From Camelus dromedarius (taxonomy: Eukaryota): a stretch of DNA of 64,000 nt. The stretch spans positions 79,610,001 to 79,674,000 of the forward strand of contig NC_087437.1 of the NCBI RefSeq assembly GCF_036321535.1. Direction: 5' to 3'. Position 1 is the first letter of the stretch; each line of letters begins with the position of its first letter. This document shows, one piece after another, positions 24,626 to 38,237 of this stretch. The position numbers and the translations under genes were made by a program. The notes under the pieces were generated by a model. It searched no databases. It worked only from the letters and a program-made list of their open reading frames with translations, and was not told the origin of the DNA.

Positions 24626-25454
24626 GACTTCAATGAACCCCTGAAGTACGATCGTCTAAGTATAATATTTTCCTCCCCAAGTGAAGGCACAGTTGTCTTG
24701 GAGTGTTTGTTACCTCCAAAATTTTATGCACATTCATATATTCTTTTTTCCTAGAATGTACTCCTCCTTCTCCTACACAAAGCAATCAATTTCTCCTCAA
24801 AATATTATTTTAAGAATAAAGCTATTCTGTTCTCCCATCCCTTATGAAATTAATCAAGCTCATATTTGTATATTTATGTTGTAAATACAAATTTCATGAC
24901 AACCAACAGTTCATGGAAAGTTTTCTTTTTCATATCTGTCTGTGAGATCTCCTTAAAGGGCTGGAGTCTGAGTCTCTCAGTAACTTCCAGCTTGAGGAAC
25001 ATGATAGAAATTTAGTAACTAAAGACAGAAGGAAAAAATAAGGTAGAAACTCTTGTTACTGGTACTCTACATTATAGCATTAATTAAATTAATAGTACAG
25101 GGTATTTTCCTAAACACTGGCTAAAAATAGCTGCAATAACAAAATAAAAATAAATTCTGTCAAAGAAAGGGGCTCAAGAACCAGAGGAAATAAATAATGA
25201 AGAATAGAAGGTGAGACATGAGTTTTGAAAAGGAAAGTGAAATGATAAAATAAAAAGATAAAAGCAAATCAAAAAAACAAAAACAAAAGGTTTATTATGC
25301 TTAATCGTTTTTATAATATCCTAACCTTCTTAGAAAATGAAAAAGGCATCTGGCTATCTTCCCTATCATATTGACTAAAGAACATTCCCTCTTCTGTATT
25401 CATATATCCACCAAGATTATCTATCACCCATGAGTCAAAAGGACTTTCAATATA

Positions 25455-26697
25455 TATTTTGCAATGTTCTCATGGGGCAATCCACCCAAGCAATAGAAAC
25501 AAAAGCAAAAATAAACAAATGGAACCTAAACTTACAAGCTTTTTCACAGCAAAGGAAACCATAAGCAAAACAAAAAGACAACCTATGGAATGGAAGAAAA
25601 TATCTGCAAAAGATGAGACTGACAAAGGCTTGATTTCCATAATATATAAACAGCTCATACAACTTAATAAGAAAAAGACAAATTAAAAAAAGGAAAAAAA
25701 AAAAAAAAGAAAAAACAAATAACCCAATCCAAAAATGGGCAGAAGACCTAAGCAAGCAATTCTCCAATGAAGACATACAAATGGCCAATAGGAACGTGAG
25801 AAAATGCTCAGTATCACTAATTATCAGAGAAATACAAATCAAAACTACAATGAGGTATCACCTCACACAAGTCAGAATGGCCATCATTAGAAAGTCCACA
25901 AACAATAAATGCTGGAGAGGGTGTGGAGAAAAAGGAATTCTCCTACACTGTCGGTGGGAATGTAGTTTGGTGCTGCCATTATGGAAAACAGTATGGAGAT
26001 TCCTCAAAAGACTAAAAAGAGACTTACCATATGATCCAGAAATCCCACTCCTGGGCATATATCCAGAGGGAATCTTAATTCAAAAAATACGTGCATCCCA
26101 GGGTTCACAGCAGCACTATATGCAATAGCCAAGACACAGAAGCAATCCAAATGTCCATCGACAGATGACTGGATAAAGAAGTTGTGGAATATTTATACAA
26201 TGGAGTACTACTCAGCCATAAACAAGAATAAAATAGTGCCATTTGCAGCAACATGGATGGACCTGGAGAATGTCATTCTAAGTGAAGTAAGCCAGAAAGA
26301 GAAAGAAAAATACCATATGATATCACTTATATGTGGAATCTAAAAAAAAAAAGATGACAACAAATGAACTTATTTACAAAACAGAAACAGACTCACAGAC
26401 ATAGAAATCAGATTTACAGTTACCAGGGTGGGAAGGGGGTGGGAAGGGATAAATTGGGAGTTCGAGATTTGCAAATACTAAAAATAATATATATAAAATA
26501 GATAAATAACAAGTTTATACTATATAGCACAGGGAACTATATTCAATATCTTGTAGTAACTTATGGTGAAAAAGAATATGAAAATGAATATACGTATGTC
26601 CCGATATGACTAGAGCACTGTGCTATACACCAGAAGTTGACACAACATTGCCAAATGACTATATTTCAATAAAAATATATTAAAAAAAGAAAAAAAT
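25455..26697 (+). mobile_element. 5'-truncated, relatively young LINE-1
   Basis: ORF 25781-26128 is the ORF2 C-terminus (MRYHLT...[17 protein letters not shown]...[10 protein letters not shown]...[13 protein letters not shown]); 3'UTR and A-tail present. Confidence 0.92.
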
Positions 26698-27348
26698 TTA
26701 TTGTATCTATGAGAATACTATCATTATTCAGTTCTGCTGTGTTTCTGGAAGTATGCAGCCAAATGTCCCATCTCAAACATTACCTCTATTCTATCTAAAT
26801 TTCACCTTCTTTCTATAATTGAATGAGCTGGGTTTTTTTTTTGGCCTGTTTGCTTGTAATTTGCTGAATAGCACTTCTTTATGTTAGCTGCTGTTTTCTG
26901 TCAGAAAGGCAATTCAGCAGTTAGCAAAAGTAGCCTTATTATTATGCCTTTACAGACAGCCTTTAAATTCTATGACGGTTTTTAATCTTACTAAAGGTAC
27001 AGTGTGCATCAATATGTATTATTGATTATAGGACTGAGGAGACAGATCTGGAGTTATAGTAAACATCTATTTTTTTTTTGCATTCAACCAAATACTAATG
27101 TTTTAGCTGAAATTGATTTTTTAAAAGTAAAACAGTGGCTATAAGGTCTATATACAATTTGTAAAATACTCTATGAATTCTTAAACTTAATTATAATTCT
27201 CTCAGTTTTCCTATCAATCCTTTTTATTAAAAAAAGTTTTTTAAATTAACTAAATTTAAAAAAACCTCTTTTCCATTTCATATTGCCAACTGTTCTTTTC
27301 TATTTTATGTAACCAACCTGAATTGTTGGTTCTTAGAAGATGAACATA

Positions 27349-28120
27349 GTTACATATAAATTTTAGAATTATTTGTTCTAGTTTTGTTGAAAAGTGTCCT
27401 GGGTATTTTAACAGGGACTGCATCAAATTTTTAGATTGCTTAGGGTAGTATGGCCATTTTGATATTAATTCTTCTAATCCAAGAGCATGGGATATCTTTC
27501 TCTTCCTTTGAATTATCTTCAATTTCCTTCATCAGTGTTTTATAGAACTTTGCTTTGTATAGAAGATAGGTCTTTCATCTTCTTGGTTAAGTTTATTCTT
27601 AGGTATTTTTTTAAATGTGATTTTTAAATGAGGATATTTTTTACTTTCTAACATTCCATTATTAGTGTAAAGAAATGCAACAGATTTATGTATATTAATC
27701 TTATATCATGCAACCTGCTGAATTCATTTATTCGTTCTAACAGTTTTGGGTGGAGACTTCAGGGTTCTCAATGTGTCATCTGCAAATAGTGACAGTTTTA
27801 CTTCTTCCCTTCAAATTTGGGTACCATTTATTTTCATTTTCTTGTCTGATTGGTGGAGCTAGGACTTCTAATACTATGTTAAATGGAAACAGCGAGAGTG
27901 GGCATTCTTGTCTTGTTCCTAAATTTAGCAGGAAGGCTTTTAGCTTTTTAGTGTTGGGTATTACGTTGGCTGTGGGTTTGTCAAAAATGGCCTTTATTAT
28001 TGTGATATACATTTCCTCTATAACCACTTTTACGAGAGTTTTATCATGAACAGATGTTGAATTCCATAAAATGATTTGTCTGCATCTATAGAGATGATGT
28101 GATTTTTTTGTCTTTCCTTT
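27349..28120 (-). mobile_element. Inverted 5' segment of L1 (RT region)
   Basis: Minus ORF 27776-28162 contains '[12 protein letters not shown]...[18 protein letters not shown]'. Confidence 0.9.
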
Positions 28121-29740
28121 AGTTACATGGAACCACAAAAGACCCCCAAACTGCCAAAGCACCCCTGAGAAAAAAAGAACAGAGCTGGAGGTATAACCTT
28201 TCCAGACTTCAGACTATACTACAAAGTTGCAATAATCAAAACAGTGCAGTACTGGCACAAAAAACAGACACGTAGATCATTAAAACAGAATAGAGAGCCC
28301 AGAAATAACCCACACAAACAATCTATGGTAAAGAAGGCAAGAATACACAATGAAGAAAAGACAGTCTCTTCAACAATTGGTGCTGTGAAACCTGGACAGC
28401 TACATGTAAAACAATGAGATTAGAACAATCCTTCATACCATATACAAAAATAAACTCAAAATAGTTTAAAAACCTATATGTAAGACCTGAAACCATAAAA
28501 CTCCTAAAAGAGAACAGAGGCGGAACACTCTGACAAAACTTGAAGCAATGTTTCTATTATCAGTCTCCTAAAGCAAAAGAAATAAAAGCAGAAATTAACA
28601 AGTGGGACCTAAACAAACTTAAACACTTTTGCACAGAAAAGGAAACCATCAACAAAATGAAAAGACAACTTACGGAATGGGAGAAAATATGTGTAAATAA
28701 TGCGGGGTTAATATTCAAAATATACAAAGAGCTCAAACAACTCAGTATCAAAAAACAAAAACAAAAACAAAAACAATAATCCAATAAAAAGTGGGCAGAA
28801 AATTTGAAAAGAAATGTTTCCAAAGAAGATATACATATGGCTAACAGAAACATGAAAAGATGCTCATATTGCTAACTATTAGAGAACTGAAAAGGAGACC
28901 CACAATGAGGTATCATCTCACACCTGTCAGAATGGCTATCACCAAAAAGTCTCCAAAGAACAATTGTTAGAGAGGATGTGGAGAAAAGGGAACCTTTGAA
29001 TGCTGCTTGTGGGAACGTAAATTGGTGCATCCACTATGGAAAACAATGTGGAGATTCCTTAAAAAACTAAAAATATAACTACCATATGACCAATCAATTT
29101 TACTGCTGGGTGTATAACCAGAAAAAAAAAAAAAAAACTCTAATTCGAAGAGATACGTGCATTTCAAGGTGCACAGCAGCATTATTTACAATAGCCAAGA
29201 TACGGAAACAACTCAAGTACCCATCAACAGACAATTGGTTTAAGATGTGGTATATACATACACACATATATACATATATATATAATACATACATACACAA
29301 TGGAATATTACTCAACCCTAAAAAATGACATATTGCCATTTGTAGTAACATGGATAGACCTAGAAAATATCTTAAGTGAATTAAGTCACACAGAGAAAGA
29401 CAAATACTATATGAATATCATTTATACATGACATCTAAAAAGTAATACAGTTAATGTATATATAAAACAGAAACAGACTCATAGATACAGAAAACAAACT
29501 TGTGGTTACCAAAGGGGAAATGGAGGTGGGGAAAGACAAATAGGGATATGGGATTAACAGATACAAAGTACTATATATAAAATAGATAAGTGACAAGGAT
29601 AAACTGTATAGCACAAGCAATGTTATACCCATTATCTAGTACCTAGAATGAAATATAATCCAAAAAAATACTGATTCACCATGCTACACACATGAAACCA
29701 GTAGGACTGTAAATCAACTACATTTTAATTTTTTTAAAAA
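28121..29740 (+). mobile_element. LINE-1 3' segment (ORF2 C-terminus and 3'UTR)
   Basis: '[33 protein letters not shown]'; 3'UTR ends 'ctgtaaatcaactacatt'. Confidence 0.92.
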
Positions 29741-32700
29741 ATGAATGTATCAGATTCTCAGAAAGAAAAATTTAAATTAAAAATGACATTTATATTGAGG
29801 CCAATCCACCAGGTAGTGCTAAGAGTAATAATCTCTTTAGCAAAAATAAAGAAATGGGACCTAATTCAACTTAAAAGTTCTATATCTCTTCATTACTCAA
29901 GTGAGTTGACTCTAGTTTTAAGTATCAGAAACCAACTTGAAAGTTTAAAGAAAGAATAATATATTATGATGATGTAGGTGCACCTTAGAATTCAGGGTCA
30001 AAAATTTAGCCAGTCATCAGAAAGAAATGAACATTGAGAAAGGAAAAGCTATTGCCACCCCCACTAATCATCTCTTCTCTGCTGCTTCCTACTCACACCT
30101 GGATTTCTGTTATATCTGTATGGACAGACTTATCTTAAGGCTCTGGTCACAAGGAAAACCGTCTCTTCTGAAGAGCTCATGAGGGCAATGGTGATGAGGG
30201 TATGTGAACAATGTATTTTTTAAAAAGTCCTTCCTTCTAGCGTGTCCTCTCACATGTAAATATTTCAGCAGCAACATTTGGTGTGGATTTGGGTTGGTTA
30301 TTTTTCTGTCAATTCCAAGTGCGTGCATGAATTCTCCTTTTCTCTTTATCTTTTCTGTACCTCTTGGTGACAACTGGGTCCTAAAAACAAATCCCTACCA
30401 ATATCAATACCCTGCTGTACAAATGAGAAGGGTAAAAATAAAATCAAACATGGTTCCTATACTCTAGCAGTCTAAAATTCTCATGTGTAACACAGGAATT
30501 TTAATAAAATGTTATCAGGGTAGAGATGTACACACTGATATTTTAGGATATTTAGAAGTAAGTCAAAATAGTATTTGCACATATTTTTTGGTATGTATCT
30601 AAAATGCAAGAACTTTGAGACCTTATGCATTTTTATGAATTTATGAAACTATTAAATTTATTGAGCACCAGTAGATAAATAGGGGAGACACCAAATACCA
30701 GGGTATAGGAAATATAAAATTGGTGTAGAACTTTTTTTATAATCGCTCATTTTTGAAGTTAGAGAAACACAGGATAAAAACTAAATGACTGGAAAACAGA
30801 AAAGAGTACTGTTTTGTTTAAATATAGGAGTGATTTCTTTATTTATATATGGTAAAAAGAACTGCCAATCAGAGAGGAGAGTTTGAAGAAACAGGACAAT
30901 TCATGGAACAGCATTGTCTTCAAGAGCTGAAGATAAAATCAGTGCCCATCTAGGGATTTGCTTTGGGGTACATCTTCCTTTGAATATAAGCATAAAGATG
31001 AATAAATAAGCATAATATTGGGAAGGAGGGACAATGAAAATCTCGCTCCAGTATTGTTTGTGAAGAAATGGAAAAGTTGAGGATGGAGGTAAGAGATTAA
31101 AGAGTATGATAATCTATGGGAATATTGTTGAGATTATTTAGAAATAAAAATTTAAAGGATAAGAATACAGTGGACATTGAGTGAGACTGGGGAGGAACAA
31201 CACTGCATTGCAGAGAGGAAAAATGGTTACATTATAAAAACACACAAAAAAATTAGGATGTGTACAGAGGACTTCAAGAAGTTCAGTGAATCTTGTCTGT
31301 GTGTGTCGGGGTAGGGGGCCTAAGTGTGCAGAAGAAAAGGACATTTGGGGATACAAGTCCTTTTAAACCCCTCTAATTCATGCTGTGAAGAAACATCCTG
31401 CTTCATCTACAGATAAGCCTCACTTTGATAATATGTTCTTGGCTCAAAAGACTTGTCAGCCCCATTTAATGACTTTATCTAAATCAGAATTCAGCTGTAC
31501 ATTTTCTGAGGATGACAGGCTCTTGGGAGAAATTGGCTGATGCTTCTTTTAAGCCCACTAAGGCCCTCTGAATCTCCACATTCCCTAGACGGCCTTGGAG
31601 CACTCTAACATCTTAGTTTTTGAACTTTCACTCTCCTCATACGAGCATCGTGTAGGTCTGATAGATGCACAGGGCAGAGAAGGCTTTACAGCAGCAGCAA
31701 CGCGTCCATTGACCTCCCACAATCCCGCTGTTTCTAAGGCTTTGTTTACACTTTCCTTTCAGTACATGAAGTCCAAGTCCTGGGTACTGACTGTCAAACT
31801 ACTAGTGTGAGGTCAAGGTGTTAATGGGCCCAACCTTCACTCCGTAACTGCTTTATCCAATGGCTTCTTACTTTAATGCGATAGGAAAAGAGCTCACCGG
31901 CACTTCATATTACAGGTTTACCATAACATAGTTCTTCAGTGGTAAATCTTTTCAGAAGTATACAATGAAAAACATTTTCAATGTGAAATAATCTTTCACT
32001 GAATTTTTCTCTTTCATACTGCTAAAATGACTTAATACAGAAGCAGCTGTGCCCTATTCAAGTGAGAGATTTGTGGGAAAGTACGTATGTTATAACTGCA
32101 AACACAAAATCCATTTTACTCTCAGTATTTTTGTTTTAGAACTTGGGTGCTTAATGCCCCAATTTATTTGCATTTGCTGCCCAAGAAGTGTCACTTCATT
32201 GCAACACAACTTGGGATATATTTTCATACTGTAACTAGCACTCCATTTTGTCAACTACTGGCCAATAAAATGCAGCTACTTGTAATTTCATACAAGGCAC
32301 CGATTCCAAAACAGGGGTTTAAGGGAAAGCTCTTGATAGTATTTTATGTACTTTGTCCAAACATAACCATATTTGAAGATATTCTTTCCTTTGGTGGAAA
32401 AAGGGATATTTTGTAAATAAATTGACAAATAAATCATAACCTCAATTTCTGCTGGAAAGCGATTAAGTTATTATTTGCATATAACACTTCAGGAGGCAAG
32501 TAATTTACAACTTTAAGTTCAAGTTAACACAGGAAACTGAAACAGGTTAAAAATATCACAGGGTTCTGCTTGCAAAAGGATATGGCAACCATCAATAGAG
32601 GAAATTTGTTCTGAGGAAGATGGCAGATTAAGGGTTTCAACTTAGACCTCAGGAGCAAAACTCTGGATGCCAGATCAATCAGTATTTAAGTAAGTAAATA

Positions 32701-32994
32701 AATCAGCACATAACTCTAGAATCCTTGCAGCCACATCAACTATTTTTTTTTGGTGATGGTATCTAAATGGATCATAGATGTCAAAATTACATTCAAGATC
32801 AGGCCATAGGCACAGTTCAATCGATTTGGTGGTTTACTTTGACCAGGTTCTTCAAAATTCTTTGTGCAATCTCCAAGTTAATTTTGAAAAACTCTATACT
32901 TCTACACATTATTTGGTTGAAATGCAAGATTTTGTCATACATTTAACTAATTACAAATGATGTATTTCTGAAATATGTAGATATTGACACTTTA

Positions 32995-34340
32995 AATTTT
33001 ATTTTATTGGAAAAATATTCATGTATAAACTACACCAAAGAGAACAGTACACTGAATCCTTTCTATCCATTATCCTAGATTCAATAATTATTTGGTTTTG
33101 CTTCCTCTAAATTTTTTTACTCCTTCTTGAGGCATTATAAAAGAAATCCCAGAAATGTCATTTTACTCTATTTAAGTATGAATTTCTAAGTAACATGCAC
33201 TTTTCTATTATAACCATTACCATTCCTAACAAATTAATGATGTCTTCAGTATCATCTGATAGAGTTCATAATCCAATTTTTCTATTTCTTTCAAAAACAT
33301 CTTTCTAAAGTCCTTTTATTCAAAACAAGATTACCTGAGGACCACACATCACTTTTGATATTATACATCTTAAAACTTTTTAATCACACATCTTCCTCTT
33401 CCCTTCTCATATTTTGTGCCAAAATTCTTTATAGAAACAGATGAAGTTGACCTCTAGTATGATCCACATTCTAAATGTGTCAATTTGCTTTTTTTGTATT
33501 ATTCTGCTTATTCTTCTAGTCCCTTTATTTCCCATAAATTTAACCACTATCAAGGCTAAAATTAGGTAAAAGTATTTTGGCAAGAGTGTCTCACAGGGTC
33601 TGCCAGGTGCTTTATTCTGAATATTATTAGAAGGATAGAGGAGGATTTCATCGTGTTTAGGGGTACAAAGATTTCAGTGGGTTCAAATGACAGCAGCTGG
33701 TTTCCTCAATTATAAAGTCTGCTGTCATTTCTTCCTGTTACAGTTTCATCCATTTATGGTCATTATCTTTAAAAAAATTAAATACAGGCTATAAAATAGT
33801 GATTTTATAATTACATAATTTCATCTACATTCATTAGCTGGAATTCTGTAAGGAGGAATTTCCTTTAACAATTTTGACTATTTGGTTAACCTAAAATACA
33901 GTTTGTGCAAGAAATGTGGGACAAAAGGTTAATTTTTTCCTAAATATTCAAATACTACAGTAAGTTATCAGCACTCCAGTTAGCTGCAACTCAGTCACGA
34001 GAGTTGTGTTTGAAACTATTCTTTTTTTTTTTTTTTTACTGTGTATCATTTTGGATAATTTAATTTATATTCAATATTCTTAAATTAGTTGTATTCCCTA
34101 TTGTGACACTCTCATCTTTGGCCATTAGAAGCCTTTATTTTTGACATGACCCATTAGGTTTCTTTTGTCTGCTTTTGGCTTTTCTAATAGTTAACTTGCT
34201 TTCTGTCACATGAAAAATCTGCCCCAGTAATTATTTTGTACATTTTCTGCCTCAGACTTAAAACCAACCATTAATACCAAAAAATCTTGATTCTTGTCAG
34301 TGAGGAATTCTAGTTGGAGAAAACAATCTGAATGGTTGAT
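32995..34340 (-). mobile_element. Old L1 (L1MC/L1ME-like) 3' region
   Basis: Degenerate similarity to antisense old L1M 3'UTR, e.g. 'aaatcccagaaatgtcatttt', 'ttttgacatgacccattag'. Confidence 0.55.
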
Positions 34341-34522
34341 GTACATTATTCTTAAATACATCCAACAGAGTAGACTACAAACATTATGGTTTGGTAGCTA
34401 CCATCATCTATTCAGGAACAAATATAAACAAGCTCTTCTTTAGCAGTCTGAAAGTTCAAGTTACCTTCTGAAGCTCATGTTTACATTCCAGTTACTCCAC
34501 AAAATCTTATCCTAACTGTATA

Positions 34523-34848
34523 CAGTTGGCATCCATATCTATGGATTCTGTTCCATGGATTCAACCAATCACAAATGGAAAATATTTGAAAAAAATACAC
34601 AAAGTTCCAAAAAGCAAAACTTGAATTTTTACACAGTATTTCCATTGTACTTACAACTATTTACATAGCATTTGCTCTGTATTGGGCATTTTGAGTCATC
34701 TAGAGATGATTTAAAGTATACAGAAGTATGTGTGTAGGTTATACGCAAAATTACTATGACATCTTATATAAGGGACTTGAGCATCTGTTGATTTTGTTAT
34801 CTGTGGGAGTCCTGAAACCAATCCACTGTAGATACTGAAGGACAACTA
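34523..34848. mobile_element. MER2-like Tigger MITE (TcMar)
   Basis: TA-flanked; TIR-like ends CAGTTGGCATCCATATC / GATACTGAAGGACAACTA; internal 'ctagagatgatttaaagtata', 'ataagggacttgagcatc'. Confidence 0.85.
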
Positions 34849-35066
34849 TATTTGTTTGCTCAAAGGAATTTCTATTGATTATGATAACATACTTCATAGC
34901 ACAAAAATTCAAATTTAGTGTTGTGTTTTATGTTGTTATTACATCATAGTACACAACTATAACTAATACACAACTGATCAAAATTACCAATTTGATAAAA
35001 ACAATTACACAAAAAAATCATCGCAACTGCACATCTTAATGATATAAAATAGGAAGTTTTGATGAC

Positions 35067-35166
35067 TTAAGACATGGTGGAACGGTGTATTAGATTCAGT
35101 GCATCCTCTGGAGACAATGCATTGTAATACCTTTCGAGATGGTTAGTTACATTCCTGTCTTTCTTT
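35067..35166 (-). other. Candidate exon (strong 3' splice site; open frame KKDRNVTNHLERYYNALSPEDALNLIHRSTMS*)
   Basis: Minus strand: cttaat branch-like motif, ~40-nt AG-free pyrimidine tract, ccttag; protein not recognised. Confidence 0.3.
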
Positions 35167-35966
35167 CTAAGGGAGAAGACAAATTGAGAAAGAGTAGAAA
35201 TGAAAAGCATTAAGCCTTTCCTCGCAGGCTCAACATTAGAGCAGGGTAAAAAAGACATTCTTACTCCCTTAAAACTCTCATTACATCTTGTAAAGACACT
35301 GAGGCCCCAAAGATATGCAAAATCCAATTGTATTACTGTTGGACTGAGTGACAAACATTGGTATAGAGTAAGAATTGACAGACGTATGTAAATAATGTGT
35401 AAGGTTAGCACAGTTTATGGTGAACAAGAGAGTGTAACAGGAAGGAGAACACCTTCTATGTGAGCCATTCTTAACCTTAACCCTGATATCTCTTTTCAGA
35501 GAGGTCCCTTGATGCTGTTTTTCCTTCTTTGTCATGTTATTTTAAAAGATAGGGATGCTACAATATGGAAGAGAGCTACGAATTAGTATCCATGCATTTC
35601 CCTATTTATTCTATTTATAGAAAGATTAGAGCCAGAGAAAGGAAAAGAAGTCAAATAGAATTGCAGAGAGGATATGAAAATATGTTGGGCCTTTACTTTT
35701 AGATTATACATTTGGATAAATGCTGCCCAGTTTAGTTGCCTTGGAACATCTGGACCAAACTGATTTTTCCACTAATTCCTTAGATTTCCACAAGTGATTG
35801 AAACCTTGTACTTAGTTTATACTGGATGGAGTTAATACCAGAATTTTCAATGAAGCAGTCTGAAATGCAATGACTGTTCCTCTCTCCCTGCGTCCTTCCT
35901 ACTCTACCTCCCTGCCCCTTCTCTCCCAGAACTTTTGCTTTTAAGAGGTCTTTTTCCATTGATCAC

Positions 35967-36342
35967 TGTATTAGAGTCCTTCAGAGAAACAGAACTAAGA
36001 GGACTTATACATAAAGGGAACTGGTTCATATGATTATGGAGACTGAGAAGTCCCAAGAGCTGCCATCTGAAGGCCTGAGAACCAGAAGGAAACCAATGCC
36101 CCAGCTCCAAACCATCAAGCAGGGAGAGCAAAGTCTGTCTTGCTCAGCGTTTTTGTTCTATTTGGGCTTTCACTGGTTGGATGAAGCCCTCTCCTTTGGG
36201 GAAGGCAATCTGCTTTCCTCACTTGATCAACTCAGATATAAATCTCATCCAAAAACACTCTCACAGACACACCCAGAGTAATGTTTAAATATCTGGGCCC
36301 CACGTGACCTAGTCAAGTTGATACATCAAATTAACCACGATG
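35967..36342 (-). mobile_element. ERVL solo LTR (MLT2-type)
   Basis: 'tgtattag..tc.tcagagaaacagaac', 'atccaaaaacactctcacagacacacccaga', 'tagtcaagttga.acat.aaattaacca'; 5-bp TSD ATCAC at 35962-35966 and 36343-36347. Confidence 0.85.
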
Positions 36343-38088
36343 ATCACACTTAAAAGTCTCCAGCATTCAGGCAAGAAAAGATATGGTGTATCTTTGGGGC
36401 GGGCTCCTAAATGGAACAAGAATAATAACAAAGCTGCTTAAGTGGGGCTTTCCTTCAATAAATGACTGCCTTGATGTCAGTGTCCAAGTAGTTGTTAGTT
36501 CATCCCAAAATATGAGGTTTTAACTGCTTAATGGTTTTAACAGGTCTTCTGAGAGAGAAGAGAGCAGTTTGAATTGAGGCATTTCAAGAGGGTTTCATGG
36601 GAGAAGGGGCTAAAGCCTTGAAAAATGAGTAAAGACTGAGTCGACAGAGAAGGTCACAAATCCTGCCTCCACCACTGTCAGGATCAGGTCCTAAGTTAAC
36701 AAATGGCCTATAACGATTCCTCAGCACACATGACCATGTGCCAGTGAGTATTCTGTATTCCTCGTTTTTAGACTGGTTTCTGAGAGAAAATTAGTTCATA
36801 TACAGCATCTTATCTTTTTCATCACTTGCCCTGAGCTCCTTCAAAGAAATGTACTATGGAAATAGAAATGACTTCTATTTTGCCTCCCTCGTAAGTTTAT
36901 CCATTCCCTCTTCTGCTCAGTCTGTCACTGCATGTGTCAAACCAAAGTTCAGCTACTTCCTGCTCTGTGGCTAGACTTTTAAGGATAATACACTAGGTGA
37001 GACTATTGAAATATATCGTGAAACTTGCATTCTCCCCTTTCCTCAACTTCCGATGAATTCATATGACCAAAGAACTACTCTCAGTGGGAAATGGGATTTT
37101 CTGAGACCACAGAATGTGTCAGCTGACTATCTGATAAACCATTGCATGATCTATTTTAATATGTCTAAAAAGACCTTTATCTGAAAGATTTCTGTTTCTC
37201 AAGGTCAAAGGAGAGTTCATGACTCTTTTGGAGTAAACATATGTTGAGCATCAAAAAAGCCATAAATGTCAGTCATGTATAAAAGTAATAAATGTCAGTC
37301 TGTGTAGATAATATCTTTATTACATCAAACTATTTTATAAATATCAATGTATTTCCATATCATTCCTGTAATTTAAGACATATGATTAAAGAACATAAAA
37401 TAGAATCATCAGAGATAACAAATAGTATTAATTAGCACTTAGCAGTCATTTCTTACTTTCTATTTTTAGTTGTATTAAATCTAAAACTATGGAAAGAAAA
37501 AAATAGGCTGAATACACATCCATTTAATTAAATAGAATAAACAGAAGTGTTTTTTTCTAACCAAGCTTGAGCCTCATTTTTTGGGGTTTTAGTTATTATT
37601 TTAAATTTTTGCTTCTGAACAATAAGCAGTGGTATTTCCACTGATGTATACTAAGAATTAAAAAAAATCACAAAGCCGTGAACACATATAAACCAATTGA
37701 ATAATGAGAGGGAAATGTAACTGAATGTATCAGTGAAGCCCACTGGTGGTAAAATTTGCCCACAGGCAAAATAAGTATATTTTAGCTTTGGTATAAATTA
37801 CAAAAGAAAGGGAAGGAAAAAAAAGGCTAGAAATAAAGGAGAAAGTAGTATAGGGATTGAGACCTAAAACTTAATTCTTCATTTGTTTAACACTCAGAAC
37901 ACTGATAGAATAGAGGAATCAGAAGACAGCATTGTATGAACTCACCAACCTACCTCTTGATAGAAGCAAATCTAATGCATCTGGGTCATCAGATAATCTT
38001 ACTATCTTAAAAAGACTAACTAATTAGAATGTCCACTACTTTCATAGTTAACCCGTGACAGTTTTTCATTCTTTCAGAAAATGTGTTT

Positions 38089-38237
38089 TCATTTGTGAAC
38101 TTTTTTGGCTGTATTTAAAATTTTTTATGGTGGGGGGAATTAGATTGATTGATTGATTGAACGGAGGTACTGGAGACTGAGCGCAGGACCTCCTGCATGC
38201 TAAACACACACTGTATCACTGAGCTACACCCTCCCCC
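38089..38237 (-). mobile_element. tRNA-derived SINE, Vic-1-like (camelid)
   Basis: Minus strand GGGGGAGGGTGTAGCTCAGTG...TTAGCATGCAGGAGGTCCTG...CCAGTACCTCC, (AATC)n, CTAATTCCCCCC; probable TSD tcagaaaatgtgttt (38074-38088) / tcaggaaatatattt (38238-38252). Confidence 0.8.

Noticed and set aside
16823..29632. Many 60-164 aa ORFs in the ORF track
   Set aside because: Most are sense or antisense translations of decayed L1 ORF2 or 3'UTR; the rest are short unrecognised chance ORFs
38165..38237. Possible tRNA gene
   Set aside because: It is the tRNA-derived head of a SINE: degenerate B box, SINE tail and TSD
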